From sequence record MK250029.1: 32,000 nt of DNA; one strand, 5' to 3'. The translations under genes and the position numbers were made by a program. Below the pieces are notes generated by a model. That model did no database searches, had not been told where the DNA came from, and saw only the letters and a list, made by a program, of their open reading frames with translations. Of this stretch, positions 10,470-19,879 are shown piece by piece (position 1 is the first letter of the stretch; each line of letters starts with the position of its first letter). The stretch is from Prevotella phage Lak-C1.

Positions 10470-10967
10470 TTAAATCTTTTTCTTCAAAATAGAATCTCTA
10501 TATTTAACAGCCTCATCTTTTGTATAAAAAAGATTATTTGTTAATGCTCTCCATGAATCAGCTGCTGGATCTTTTCCAATATAAGATGATGAAGTCTGAC
10601 CAGATGAATTAATAAAATAATAGAATGTTACTGGTTTCAAACGATGATACCCAACTCTGGAAATCTCCTTATTTGCATATACCTCATGAAGGCTGCAGAT
10701 ACCTGTGATATAATTAATATCTGTGATTCTATACAATCTTGTCTCATATAATACAATATCATCTATCTTAAAAGAAATATCTACACATTTCTTTACAAAC
10801 TTTGAATTTGAAATATCAAAATCAGAAATTTGTACACCATTTGGAAATGACGCAACTTTAGTTATTGCATTATAAGTAAAGATTGTATCCTTTTTCAGAT
10901 TACCGAATGGAAGATCAGCACTAAGGATATATTTCTTCTCTGTTGTCTTATTTTTCTTTGTATTCAT
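10470..10967 (-). CDS. Hypothetical protein
   Basis: 165 aa intact ORF, TAA stop, no internal TAG. Confidence 0.8.
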   Translation of the reverse strand: MNTKKNKTTEKKYILSADLPFGNLKKDTIFTYNAITKVASFPNGVQISDFDISNSKFVKKCVDISFKIDDIVLYETRLYRITDINYITGICSLHEVYANKEISRVGYHRLKPVTFYYFINSSGQTSSSYIGKDPAADSWRALTNNLFYTKDEAVKYRDSILKKKI

Positions 10968-10999
10968 AATCTTTATTTTTTAATTGTTTATTATTTCAT

Positions 11000-11035
11000 T
11001 AACAATACAAAGATACATATTTTATTTGAAATAAA
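11000..11035 (-). promoter_or_regulatory. Conserved intergenic motif, possible promoter
   Basis: Minus strand ATAAAATATGTATCTTTGTAT, near-identical at 14440-14459 and 23237-23255; TATCTTTG fits the Bacteroidetes -7 consensus TAnnTTTG. Position approximate. Confidence 0.5.
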
Positions 11036-11039
11036 AAAA

Positions 11040-12533
11040 TTAATTAGGTAATTTCATAGGTAATTGTATAGCAGATGGGATATTCCATGCATTTGCTTTA
11101 ATACCATTTGAATAACCAAATTTTATAATTCTATCATTTGCAATCTGCTCTTGTAATGATGATGATATATATCCATCTTTTGTTATATAATAAAGAAATG
11201 ACCTATTATCAGATATAACTACATCTTTTTTATTGGATATTGCTTTATCTAATTCACCATGTTCAGATTGATTTGGAAATTCTTGTGATTTAGAAATTAG
11301 TAATTGTGGATGTCCCGGATCACATATTTTCTTATAACCTGTATTTATATTAATTTCCATAAAATCATACATATATGGTAAATAAGACGGTAACCACAAT
11401 TTCCAAGCAGCATTTTCATTAATAAGCATAATAAAATCTTGTATCAATACAGATTTACCATCAGGTGATATGATCGATTTCAATGCTCTAACATTATTAT
11501 TAATTATATCAGATTTACTATATGAATCAGGAAGTTCATTAAACCATTCTGGCACAATTTTTAATCTATCATACCTTGTACCTTCATACCTAAATGTATC
11601 TTTAACTATAAATTTTCCATTTTCATCTTTATCAGATAAATCATATGAAATAGTATAAGGTGATTTATAATTATTTTTTATACATTCATGATCAGGTACA
11701 AATTTATCTACAATATTTGTCAAATTATGCCAGAAATCAGATGAGTATGAAGATAAACTAAATCTATGTAAATACTCATTTACTTTTTCTTTTGAAAAAT
11801 AATCTTGCTGTATTTCTGCAATTATACTAGATACTGATTTAAATACAAAACAATCACTATAATCTCGATTGTTATCATTATCATTATTAGCTATATAATT
11901 ATGACAATTATATAACCATGCATCTTCATCAACAGAAACAAATGCAAGTTTACTTACATATTTCTTATCAAACTCAGTGGATAATTTTACTTTACCAATA
12001 TATACGACATTACTATTACCTTTACATCTATATAACGTACCTGGTACTAAATCTTTTTCTTTAAATGAATTCTTAGTAAACATCTTTTCAGACATTTCAT
12101 TTGATTCAATATAATCTGTAGAATTTACAGGAAGCAGTACAAGTTCAGTACCATAATAACTATATACTAATTTACCTTTAATTTCTTTTTTATCAGTATT
12201 ACACCAATTTAATATATACAGTAAATTATCTATTGATATTTCAATTTCAAATCCACGCGGATCAAATATACGTGCGAATGTCATACGTTGTGACCATCTT
12301 TCACCACCTACTCGCTTATTTAATACAAAACCATCAATAGGTTCATTATCTATATATAACGGATCTATTTTCTGATCTCTCCATGAATTCCATGAAGCTT
12401 CTTTACGTAATTTATTCATTGCATCATAATAAATTACATAACCAATTTTTCCTGTATATGTATCAGATCTTTTATTAAATCCAACTGCTAGTTTTTTAGG
12501 AATAAAAAAACTATCTTCTTTTTTACCATTCAT
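11040..12533 (-). CDS. Hypothetical protein, large
   Basis: 497 aa intact ORF, TAA stop, no internal TAG. Confidence 0.85.
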   Translation of the reverse strand: MNGKKEDSFFIPKKLAVGFNKRSDTYTGKIGYVIYYDAMNKLRKEASWNSWRDQKIDPLYIDNEPIDGFVLNKRVGGERWSQRMTFARIFDPRGFEIEISIDNLLYILNWCNTDKKEIKGKLVYSYYGTELVLLPVNSTDYIESNEMSEKMFTKNSFKEKDLVPGTLYRCKGNSNVVYIGKVKLSTEFDKKYVSKLAFVSVDEDAWLYNCHNYIANNDNDNNRDYSDCFVFKSVSSIIAEIQQDYFSKEKVNEYLHRFSLSSYSSDFWHNLTNIVDKFVPDHECIKNNYKSPYTISYDLSDKDENGKFIVKDTFRYEGTRYDRLKIVPEWFNELPDSYSKSDIINNNVRALKSIISPDGKSVLIQDFIMLINENAAWKLWLPSYLPYMYDFMEININTGYKKICDPGHPQLLISKSQEFPNQSEHGELDKAISNKKDVVISDNRSFLYYITKDGYISSSLQEQIANDRIIKFGYSNGIKANAWNIPSAIQLPMKLPN

Positions 12534-12539
12534 ATCTAA

Positions 12540-13070
12540 TTAAATTTTATTCTGTTCTCGTAATCGGTCTAATTGCTTATATGGTGAATCTGTTGAATAT
12601 GATGTACCATGCATTTGTATTTTAAAACATTTACAATCTAATGATGGTGTATATACGTAATTTTTCTTTATACTTTTTTCTATATTATATAAATCACAAT
12701 TACTTTCATAAATTTTTCGTCTACAAAATATAATATCAGTTACAACAAATAATTTTGGAGATAATCCAAAATTATTTGGATACTTATCTAAATGTAAATA
12801 CCATGGCTGACCATAAAATGTTATTCGTTTAAAATCATCATACCATAAACCAGTATTTGTATCATAATTTGCATCAAATTCAGTTCTACATATTAACATT
12901 AAAAAATACCTATCGTACTTATCAACCATAACAATGCCATTTGCAAAACGATATTCGGAATTGTTACTAGTACAACTTGTTAATACTTTACATTTAAATA
13001 ACATCCCTGGATGAATATCAATTTTTTTAATATCCGGTAATATCGTTTCTGTATAATTACTCATAATCAT
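12540..13070 (-). CDS. Hypothetical protein
   Basis: 176 aa intact ORF; overlaps the next gene by 14 bp. Confidence 0.8.
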   Translation of the reverse strand: MIMSNYTETILPDIKKIDIHPGMLFKCKVLTSCTSNNSEYRFANGIVMVDKYDRYFLMLICRTEFDANYDTNTGLWYDDFKRITFYGQPWYLHLDKYPNNFGLSPKLFVVTDIIFCRRKIYESNCDLYNIEKSIKKNYVYTPSLDCKCFKIQMHGTSYSTDSPYKQLDRLREQNKI

Positions 13071-13527
13071 ATTTAAATTCTCTAAGAAAAATAGGAGTTA
13101 ATTCATACTTTTTCCATCCATATAATTTATATTGATTACATCGTTTTTTGTTATCTAATGTAGTAATAGGTCTATCATATATAGCAACAATTTCTAAATA
13201 TTTTTTATCAAACCCGAAGTTTAACGTTGTTATATCAAGATTATTAGGATTATAATGGTGCCATATACTTTCTTTATTTACATCAATTATAAATGATCTA
13301 CCCATTACCGGATCTGTAACAGATGTAAAACATATAAGAACTGCACCATTTTTATCTGTATACTTACTTATTATAAAAGTTTCAAAAGAAATATATATAT
13401 TACTAAATCGTTCTGTTAAAAATTTTATAACAATAATAGAACCATTAGGTATATGACATAATGTAAATGTCCGTCCATCATGAATAGCAACATAACTATC
13501 AATAATTTTCCTATTTGTTTTGTCCAT
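13057..13527 (-). CDS. Hypothetical protein
   Basis: 156 aa intact ORF, TAA stop. Confidence 0.8.
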   Translation of the reverse strand: MDKTNRKIIDSYVAIHDGRTFTLCHIPNGSIIVIKFLTERFSNIYISFETFIISKYTDKNGAVLICFTSVTDPVMGRSFIIDVNKESIWHHYNPNNLDITTLNFGFDKKYLEIVAIYDRPITTLDNKKRCNQYKLYGWKKYELTPIFLREFKYDYE

Positions 13528-13735
13528 AATTTTATATATAAAAATAATGCAAAATATAACAAATTTAAATCCACATCATCTTATATTCACTTCAATCCAT
13601 GTTTCAATCTATAGGGACATTTGTTACATTTTTGAACGCAACAGGTATGATAAACATCCGCACTTCAATCAGATCCTATAAAACTTCGACGATAAACGTT
13701 ATATCTTGCATTTATAACTATTCAACTTTTCATAA

Positions 13736-13804
13736 TATAGTTTAAAGGATTCGAACCTTTTTCTCTGCTCTCACAGTGTGTTGCCACATACACCATTAAA
13801 CTAT
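13736..13804 (-). tRNA. tRNA-like element, anticodon arm not canonical
   Basis: Acceptor ATAGTTT/AAACTAT and T-arm AAAGG-TTCGAAT-CCTTT are good, but ACACACTGTGAGAGCAGAG does not fold into a clean 5-bp/7-nt anticodon arm. Confidence 0.45.
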
Positions 13805-13852
13805 ACATTATAAATGTCATTGATATAGTTATATAAACATTAATTCTTAATG

Positions 13853-13956
13853 TTATTAAAGTCAGATTCGAACTGACACCTCAGCAAGGAGATAATACCA
13901 CTATGGGGTAACAGAGCATCCCAAGGCACTGACCAACAAATTATGCCTATTTAACA
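13853..13956 (-). tRNA. Aberrant long (104 nt) tRNA-like element
   Basis: Acceptor TGTTAAA/TTTAATA, D-stem GGCA/TGCC and T-arm GTCAG-TTCGAAT-CTGAC pair, but the central region is expanded with no standard anticodon loop. Confidence 0.45.
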
Positions 13957-14015
13957 ACAAACTAATGTATTAATTAATAATTATATATTTTATATGTATA
14001 TTACTACATAAAGTT

Positions 14016-14399
14016 TTAATGCTTCAAGTTAAATTTTTCAAATATAGGCAATAAATCATCACTGAAATCAGTAAATAACTTCTGATATGTTTCCCATGCA
14101 TCCATGGGTTTATCAGGTTTCGTAAATCTTGCAGATTCCCAATCGAGAATCGCCTCGTCAAAATGCATATGTTTTTTATATTTACGCAAATGATGTTTTG
14201 CAAATCTTGTATGTATTTTTTGTATTACTTTAGTTCCTAAAAATGGGAAAAATATATACATAAAAATTTTATCCAAATCATGAAAAGGATATTTATAATA
14301 ACCTATATATTTCTTTTCTAATTTCATTACCATAATATAATGTTTAAAACTATATGGTATATGTTTATATGATTTTTTTATATTTGTTATAATGTTCAT
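14016..14399 (-). CDS. Hypothetical protein, possibly DUF5662-like
   Basis: 127 aa intact ORF with FAKHHLRKYKKHMHFDEAILDWESARFTKPDKPMDAWETYQK. Confidence 0.6.
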   Translation of the reverse strand: MNIITNIKKSYKHIPYSFKHYIMVMKLEKKYIGYYKYPFHDLDKIFMYIFFPFLGTKVIQKIHTRFAKHHLRKYKKHMHFDEAILDWESARFTKPDKPMDAWETYQKLFTDFSDDLLPIFEKFNLKH

Positions 14400-14439
14400 T
14401 GTTAATTAAATTATTAATTACTTATTAAATTGTTATATA

Positions 14440-14459
14440 CAAAGATACATATTTTATTC
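14440..14459 (-). promoter_or_regulatory. Conserved intergenic motif, possible promoter
   Basis: AATAAAATATGTATCTTTGT on the minus strand, upstream of the 14016-14399 gene. Confidence 0.5.
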
Positions 14460-14467
14460 AAAATAAA

Positions 14468-14507
14468 AAAGTCACCAATAGGAATTTGACTTCTTATTAG
14501 TGACTTT
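14468..14507. terminator. Hairpin terminator candidate
   Basis: AAAGTCACCAATA pairs with TATTAGTGACTTT, one mismatch. Confidence 0.65.
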
Positions 14508-14511
14508 ATTT

Positions 14512-14751
14512 TTATTTCAAATATTTAAATATCTCGTGATATTTCTTTATATTTTCTTTAAAATGTTCAGTCGATATATTAGAATAATCTACATAATCAC
14601 CTTCTACGTAATAAAGATTATCATCAGATGAAAAATGTTTAAATCCATATTTATTAGCTTCATTTAAGGCTTCATCATCATCTTTTGCTTCAAATCTATG
14701 ATGGAAAAAGTGTCCATGATAATCTTCTAACTCTACTTCATATTTTCTCAT
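14512..14751 (-). CDS. Small hypothetical protein
   Basis: 79 aa intact ORF (MRKYEVELEDYHGHFFHHRFEAKDDDEALNEANKYGF...). Confidence 0.75.
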   Translation of the reverse strand: MRKYEVELEDYHGHFFHHRFEAKDDDEALNEANKYGFKHFSSDDNLYYVEGDYVDYSNISTEHFKENIKKYHEIFKYLK

Positions 14752-14762
14752 AATAAAAATTA

Positions 14763-15629
14763 TTATTGTGTAATCATTTTATAAAGTAAATTCCACTTTT
14801 CCAATACTTGATCTGATGAACCTCCTGCACGCCATACATCTTTATCAAGACTTCCAAGATCATAATGTCTATATCGTCCGCAATCTGGTGAAATTTCGCC
14901 ATATACAGTTTTACCATCTTCTGATATAAACAAACATAAGTCATATATTACAATATCTTTTTCTGCAAGAAAATCAGATAATACAGAAAATGTCATAGCT
15001 GCTGTTTTTCTTGCTTCTTTTACATCAATATAATAATCTGCTTGAGCATCACACATAACTTCATCTGCTAACATCTTATGTGTATCTGGTTCCCAAAATG
15101 GATTTCTCCAATCAAAACGTACAATTGGTTCAGGATATGGTTCCATATCTTTAATTTCCATACCTGCATAATAAGGATGTGTTTTTCTTACGTGTGATTT
15201 ACCCATACCAAAATATCGGTGTTTACTTGTACCTGTATGATTTGCTTTAACTACAACTTCAATATTTGGTGCATCTTTAATTATACGAGCTAATACAAAT
15301 TCATCGCCATAATCAAGATATGCATGTTTAATACCATGTTCTTTAAGCAATTCACATAATACTTTACTTACATGTACACGAGGAATATTACTACCTTCTA
15401 CAATACCTGTTCTATTATATGTAAATGAATAAATTGTAGGTTTAAAATAGATAATACAATATTCGTCATCTAATGCACGTATTTCTTTACTTTCACCTTC
15501 TACAACTAAAGGCATTTTTCTAAATGTTTCAAAATCAATAGAAAATAAGTCTTTAATATTCCATTTAGGATATAATACTGTTTTACAATATTCTATTGAT
15601 TTCAAATCTTCTTCTTGTATCTTATTCAT
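14763..15629 (-). CDS. purC: SAICAR synthetase-like protein (PurC family)
   Basis: 288 aa with VVEGESKEIRALDDEYCIIYFKPTIYSFTYNR, VSKVLCELLKEHGIKHAYL and GKTVYGEISPDCGRYR, matching PurC organisation. Confidence 0.8.
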   Translation of the reverse strand: MNKIQEEDLKSIEYCKTVLYPKWNIKDLFSIDFETFRKMPLVVEGESKEIRALDDEYCIIYFKPTIYSFTYNRTGIVEGSNIPRVHVSKVLCELLKEHGIKHAYLDYGDEFVLARIIKDAPNIEVVVKANHTGTSKHRYFGMGKSHVRKTHPYYAGMEIKDMEPYPEPIVRFDWRNPFWEPDTHKMLADEVMCDAQADYYIDVKEARKTAAMTFSVLSDFLAEKDIVIYDLCLFISEDGKTVYGEISPDCGRYRHYDLGSLDKDVWRAGGSSDQVLEKWNLLYKMITQ

Positions 15630-15635
15630 AAATTA

Positions 15636-16127
15636 TTACCAAGTTAAATTATTATCCTTAATATATTTCTCAACAACAGGAGGTACAAACTCTCCAATAG
15701 GAAGTTTATAATGTACTAACTCTCTTACAAATGTAGATGAAATATCAATATTATAAGGTTCACAAAAGCCCATTACCAACATTGTTTCTACACCTGCTAA
15801 ATAATGATTAGTTGCTGCCAAAGACTTTTCATATGTAAAATCTTCTGAATTTCTAATACCTCTAACAATATATGAAACATTATTTTTCTTACAATAATCA
15901 GAAATTAATGTATCAGTCATATCAATTACTGTTACATTAGGATAATCCTTGAAAATTTCTTTAATTAACTTAATTCGCTCTGAACGTTTAATAAGCCCTT
16001 CACCTTTCTTTAAATTTGTTGCTAATGCAATAATAAATTCATCACATAATTTATATGTCTGATCTACAATTGCCTTATGCCCATTTGTAAATGGATCAAA
16101 TGATCCAGGAAATATAAATTTCTTCAT
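15636..16127 (-). CDS. coaD: Phosphopantetheine adenylyltransferase
   Basis: 163 aa with FPGSFDPFTNGHKAIVDQ and SYIVRGIRNSEDFTYEKSLAATNHYL, canonical CoaD motifs. Confidence 0.93.
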   Translation of the reverse strand: MKKFIFPGSFDPFTNGHKAIVDQTYKLCDEFIIALATNLKKGEGLIKRSERIKLIKEIFKDYPNVTVIDMTDTLISDYCKKNNVSYIVRGIRNSEDFTYEKSLAATNHYLAGVETMLVMGFCEPYNIDISSTFVRELVHYKLPIGEFVPPVVEKYIKDNNLTW

Positions 16128-16130
16128 CTT

Positions 16131-16781
16131 TTAATTTTCAATATTTTGTGAAACCCAAAGTCCTAATTGCTTTAATGCTTGCTTTCGATGACTCTTCAAA
16201 TTTTTTCTTGCTGAATCTAATTCAGCATATGTTTTACCAAATGTATTATCTCCTACAAATATAGGATCATATCCAAATCCATTTGTACCTCTTAATTCAT
16301 CTAATATATATCCATATGAATATCCGCTAAACGTTTTTTCGATAATACCATTTTTTGCTATTGCAAAACATACTTCAAAATATGCAGATCGTTCATTAAA
16401 TGGAATCTTTTTGATATATTGTAACAATTTCTCATTGTTAAGTCTATCATGTTCTGACTTATCTGTTGTAAACTCTTCATGCGGTACATTAGTAACATTT
16501 AATTCATTATCTATTGTAACTTCATGAAAACGAGCTGAATATGGTCCCGGTAAATTATTCAATCCAGGAACAACTAAACCACTATCTTCTGCAATAACAT
16601 ATGTATCAGGATATTCTTTACTATATGCAGTTGCTTTAAGTATAGCATTATCTTTAATTGTTTTACCAGTCTCTTGAACATCTAATGCATGTGGTTCAAT
16701 TTCATATCCTAATGGACTTAAAATTGATGCAATCTCTCTAATTTTACCAGGATTACTTGTACCTACAATAATTTTACTCAT
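16131..16781 (-). CDS. rdgB: RdgB/HAM1 non-canonical purine NTP pyrophosphatase
   Basis: 216 aa with IIVGTSNPGKIREIASILSPLG, AEDSGLVVPGLNNLPGPYSARF, TNGFGYDPIFV and SHRKQALKQL. Confidence 0.93.
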   Translation of the reverse strand: MSKIIVGTSNPGKIREIASILSPLGYEIEPHALDVQETGKTIKDNAILKATAYSKEYPDTYVIAEDSGLVVPGLNNLPGPYSARFHEVTIDNELNVTNVPHEEFTTDKSEHDRLNNEKLLQYIKKIPFNERSAYFEVCFAIAKNGIIEKTFSGYSYGYILDELRGTNGFGYDPIFVGDNTFGKTYAELDSARKNLKSHRKQALKQLGLWVSQNIEN

Positions 16782-17242
16782 GATTTATTCATTATTTGTT
16801 TCTTAATAAAATCTCTTATAATTTCTATAATAGTTCCTGTACTATCATATGGTATTCTTGAAACTAAATATACATTACTATATTTTTTTTCTTTACAATG
16901 ATTATATAGTAACATAAATGATTTTCTATAATACTCTAAATCTTCTAATGTATGAAATTCTTCATCTAATGAATCTCCTCTTTTTTGTATTCTTTGTTGA
17001 CAATGTTCTGGAAAATCATCTAAAATAATATATAAAGTATCATTATCAATATTATTATCGATGTAATCATACATTTTTTCTTCTGAATCTTTATTTAGTA
17101 ATGTAGCTTTACTGAAAATACCTCTATCTTTAAATATACAATTATTAAAAAATTGTTTAATAAGATTAATTATATAAGTTTTACCAGTACCATCATTACC
17201 GTCAAATTCAATATTAAACGTTAATTGTTTTTCTGTTTGCAT
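16778..17242 (-). CDS. Thymidylate/dNMP kinase-like P-loop protein
   Basis: 154 aa with FDGNDGTGKT Walker A and LDDFPEHCQQRIQKRGDSLDEEFHTLEDLEYYRKSFMLLY; ends TGA. Confidence 0.75.
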   Translation of the reverse strand: MQTEKQLTFNIEFDGNDGTGKTYIINLIKQFFNNCIFKDRGIFSKATLLNKDSEEKMYDYIDNNIDNDTLYIILDDFPEHCQQRIQKRGDSLDEEFHTLEDLEYYRKSFMLLYNHCKEKKYSNVYLVSRIPYDSTGTIIEIIRDFIKKQIMNKS

Positions 17243-17859
17243 AAATTATAAACTTTTTGTATATTTGTTGGTAACCAGCAATCCATTAAACTAGCATGCT
17301 CAAATATACATGTATCAGTATTAATAATATTACTTAATATCTTTATGCCATTTGCTTTTAATGTTGCACCTGTTTCAACAACATCTATAATACAATCAGC
17401 ACCAATATCGATATATCCTTCTGTTGAACCTGATGTATTCAATGTATAATATGGACAATGCATTTTATTTGTAAAATAATGCTTTGCTATTGTTTCAAAT
17501 TCAGTTGCACATATGATAGGATGTTTCAATGATGTTAATTCATCTAATGTCATTTTTGATGCTAAACATATTTGTACCTTATTTAAACCTGTATGTGATA
17601 CTAATTCTAATTCATTTTCATACTCGCTATTATTAACCATATCATAACCACATATACCAAATTCACAAAACTTACTTGCAATTAATTCTGGTATTGCTTT
17701 TGGTTTAGCTATAAATAATGCACAGTCATCTGACCAATCAGGAAAATAATATTTACGAGTATTTTCATCTGGCATATCAATATTACATTCATTAAATAAT
17801 GATTTAACTCCTGTATATAATCTACCTTTTGGTACAACTAATATTGGTTTATTATTCAT
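17221..17859 (-). CDS. hisG: ATP phosphoribosyltransferase, short form
   Basis: 212 aa with LVVPKGRLYTGVKSLF, AIPELIASKFCEFGICGYDMV, YTLNTSGSTEGYIDIGADCIIDVVETGATLKANGIKIL. Confidence 0.92.
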   Translation of the reverse strand: MNNKPILVVPKGRLYTGVKSLFNECNIDMPDENTRKYYFPDWSDDCALFIAKPKAIPELIASKFCEFGICGYDMVNNSEYENELELVSHTGLNKVQICLASKMTLDELTSLKHPIICATEFETIAKHYFTNKMHCPYYTLNTSGSTEGYIDIGADCIIDVVETGATLKANGIKILSNIINTDTCIFEHASLMDCWLPTNIQKVYNLCKQKNN

Positions 17860-18307
17860 AATTATTTTTCTTTAAAATTCTTAGATTATCTCTATCTTTT
17901 AAAATAAAATTTGTAATCTCTTCAATTAAATATTTGTTATTAGTAGTCATATAGAAACATGTAGTTGAATCATCTCCTCTATGTTTATCCCAACCCTTTC
18001 TACCAAATTCAATTTTCAAATTATCTTTCTTAAATAAAAATCCAGGAAACCAATAATATACAAAACCTGAAAATGAATTTGTTTTCTTTACTTCACCATT
18101 AGTTAACAATGCTAATTCATTTAAAAATTTTCTATATTGATAACTAAACATTCTCGCTGTATATGATGTAGTATTCCTAAAAATTAAATCATAATAATTT
18201 TCATGACCAGTTGCATAAGATTTTCCTGATAAACTTACACATTCTATATGTTTCCCAAATATATTAATAATTTGCTTTACTATTTCATCTAATTCTGCAT
18301 TTACCAT
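17852..18307 (-). CDS. Hypothetical protein
   Basis: 151 aa intact ORF between hisG and the RNA ligase. Confidence 0.75.
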   Translation of the reverse strand: MVNAELDEIVKQIINIFGKHIECVSLSGKSYATGHENYYDLIFRNTTSYTARMFSYQYRKFLNELALLTNGEVKKTNSFSGFVYYWFPGFLFKKDNLKIEFGRKGWDKHRGDDSTTCFYMTTNNKYLIEEITNFILKDRDNLRILKKNNYE

Positions 18308-18309
18308 AA

Positions 18310-18993
18310 TTACTCTAATATTTTACATTCCTCTTCTGTATATCTCTTATGTAATTCAGTTAACCACCATTTTGTTTTAACTTTTACTTTAGGCATTCGT
18401 TGTCCCTTTAATAATGTTGATCGCCTAATTACTACACCTTCTTTTATATATGGATATTTACAATTAGTTTCAGTCCAATCATTATTTTGTATATCTTTAA
18501 TAAAGTCATTAACTAATGGTCCTGTATAAACTAATTGAGGTAATTCAATACCACAATCTTTAAATAAATCCATATAAATTTTTGGTTCAATATATCCTTT
18601 CTTTTTTATAAATACATCAATTAATGCAAGATGCATATTATCTTTATCTTCTAATGAATGAAATCCTGCGAAACTATGTTCTCCATACCATTCAAAGAAA
18701 AATGTAATTTCATCAACACCAGAGAATACATCTTTTTTACATCTATGTTGTTCAACAATATTAGATAATATAGTTTCATAATTATGTGATTTAAAATAAC
18801 GTACAGCATCACCAAATTGTTCAGATGACTCATCTACCATACATTTTCTTGAACCAAAATTTGTGAACATCTTTTTCTTAACAGAATATTTAGCGCAGAA
18901 ATTTTGTCCATCTAATTTATTAAATGCCCATACTTGTTCACCTAGTAATTCAGTATTATATTTTATATTATCTATTGAATCGTAATGTTTCAT
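18310..18993 (-). CDS. RNA ligase (Rnl2/REL-like)
   Basis: 227 aa with adenylation motif AFNKLDGQNF, internal FFFEWYG, and late motifs IKEGVVIRR and KVKTKWW. Confidence 0.85.
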   Translation of the reverse strand: MKHYDSIDNIKYNTELLGEQVWAFNKLDGQNFCAKYSVKKKMFTNFGSRKCMVDESSEQFGDAVRYFKSHNYETILSNIVEQHRCKKDVFSGVDEITFFFEWYGEHSFAGFHSLEDKDNMHLALIDVFIKKKGYIEPKIYMDLFKDCGIELPQLVYTGPLVNDFIKDIQNNDWTETNCKYPYIKEGVVIRRSTLLKGQRMPKVKVKTKWWLTELHKRYTEEECKILE

Positions 18994-19007
18994 GTAATTA
19001 TTTTAGT

Positions 19008-19184
19008 TTAACTTATTTTAGCAGAAGCATTTTTACATATATCAATGTGTTCTCCTTTATTATCTGTTATTAAATTTAAAATATATGACCACATCTCTTT
19101 ATCTTCTAACCCATCTGTAATTATATCTATATCATAATTATCTGGTAATTCAAACTGTAAATGAATATCTAATTTTCTTTTCAT
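19008..19184 (-). CDS. Small hypothetical protein
   Basis: 58 aa: MKRKLDIHLQFELPDNYDIDIITDGLEDKEMWSYILNLITDNKGEHIDICKNASAKIS. Confidence 0.6.
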   Translation of the reverse strand: MKRKLDIHLQFELPDNYDIDIITDGLEDKEMWSYILNLITDNKGEHIDICKNASAKIS

Positions 19185-19197
19185 AATTAACTCATTA

Positions 19198-19776
19198 TTA
19201 AATATTATCTAATTTACGACAATTATAACCTTGATCGTATGATAATTTTAAAAGTTCTGTAACTAACTTAATATCTTTTGTATTAGAATCTCTATATTTC
19301 TTAATTATTTGTTCAATGAAATAATTTCGTTTATTTGTATATTCAAGTAATTGTCTTGCATCATCAATTACTTCTTTCATACTTTCTAACTGATTTTCAT
19401 CTGTATAAACATTATTATACTCTTTACATTCTATAATACTACAATTTTCATCTTCATCTATATTATCTATATCATAATCTCCAATTACTGGAACCTTATA
19501 ACATGTATAAAATATAGTATGATTAAAAAGAGTTATTTCATACAAATATGAAATATCTCTTGCAACTTTATCATCTTCTTGTATATCATCATATGAATCA
19601 AGAATTTGTTTTGTTAATGATTCATAATCATATTCTTCTACATTTTTTGAATATTTTTCTAATACTGCTTTTAAATCATCACCAGTACCACTGTCTGGAT
19701 AACCATCACAATGTCTATATAAAATATTGCGTCCTGTTATACCACTTTGAACTATAATATTACAACGTGTAGGCAT
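19198..19776 (-). CDS. Hypothetical protein
   Basis: 192 aa intact ORF. Confidence 0.75.
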   Translation of the reverse strand: MPTRCNIIVQSGITGRNILYRHCDGYPDSGTGDDLKAVLEKYSKNVEEYDYESLTKQILDSYDDIQEDDKVARDISYLYEITLFNHTIFYTCYKVPVIGDYDIDNIDEDENCSIIECKEYNNVYTDENQLESMKEVIDDARQLLEYTNKRNYFIEQIIKKYRDSNTKDIKLVTELLKLSYDQGYNCRKLDNI

Positions 19777-19879
19777 AATTTTATAATACTTCTATTTTTA
19801 ATCTATCTGTTATATAACTTTTATTTTAAAATGTTTATAAAACAAATAAATAATAAAAATAAAATTTTAATTTTTTAAC

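Noticed and set aside
13590-13690. CRISPR-like GATTGAAAC/CACTTCAATC fragments
   Set aside because: The similar words (cacttcaatc, gtttcaatc) are short, irregularly spaced and lack a repeated 28-37 bp unit with spacers; no cas genes seen.
18651-18833. Minus-strand 60-aa alternative-frame ORF
   Set aside because: Lies within the RNA ligase gene, which has clear catalytic motifs.
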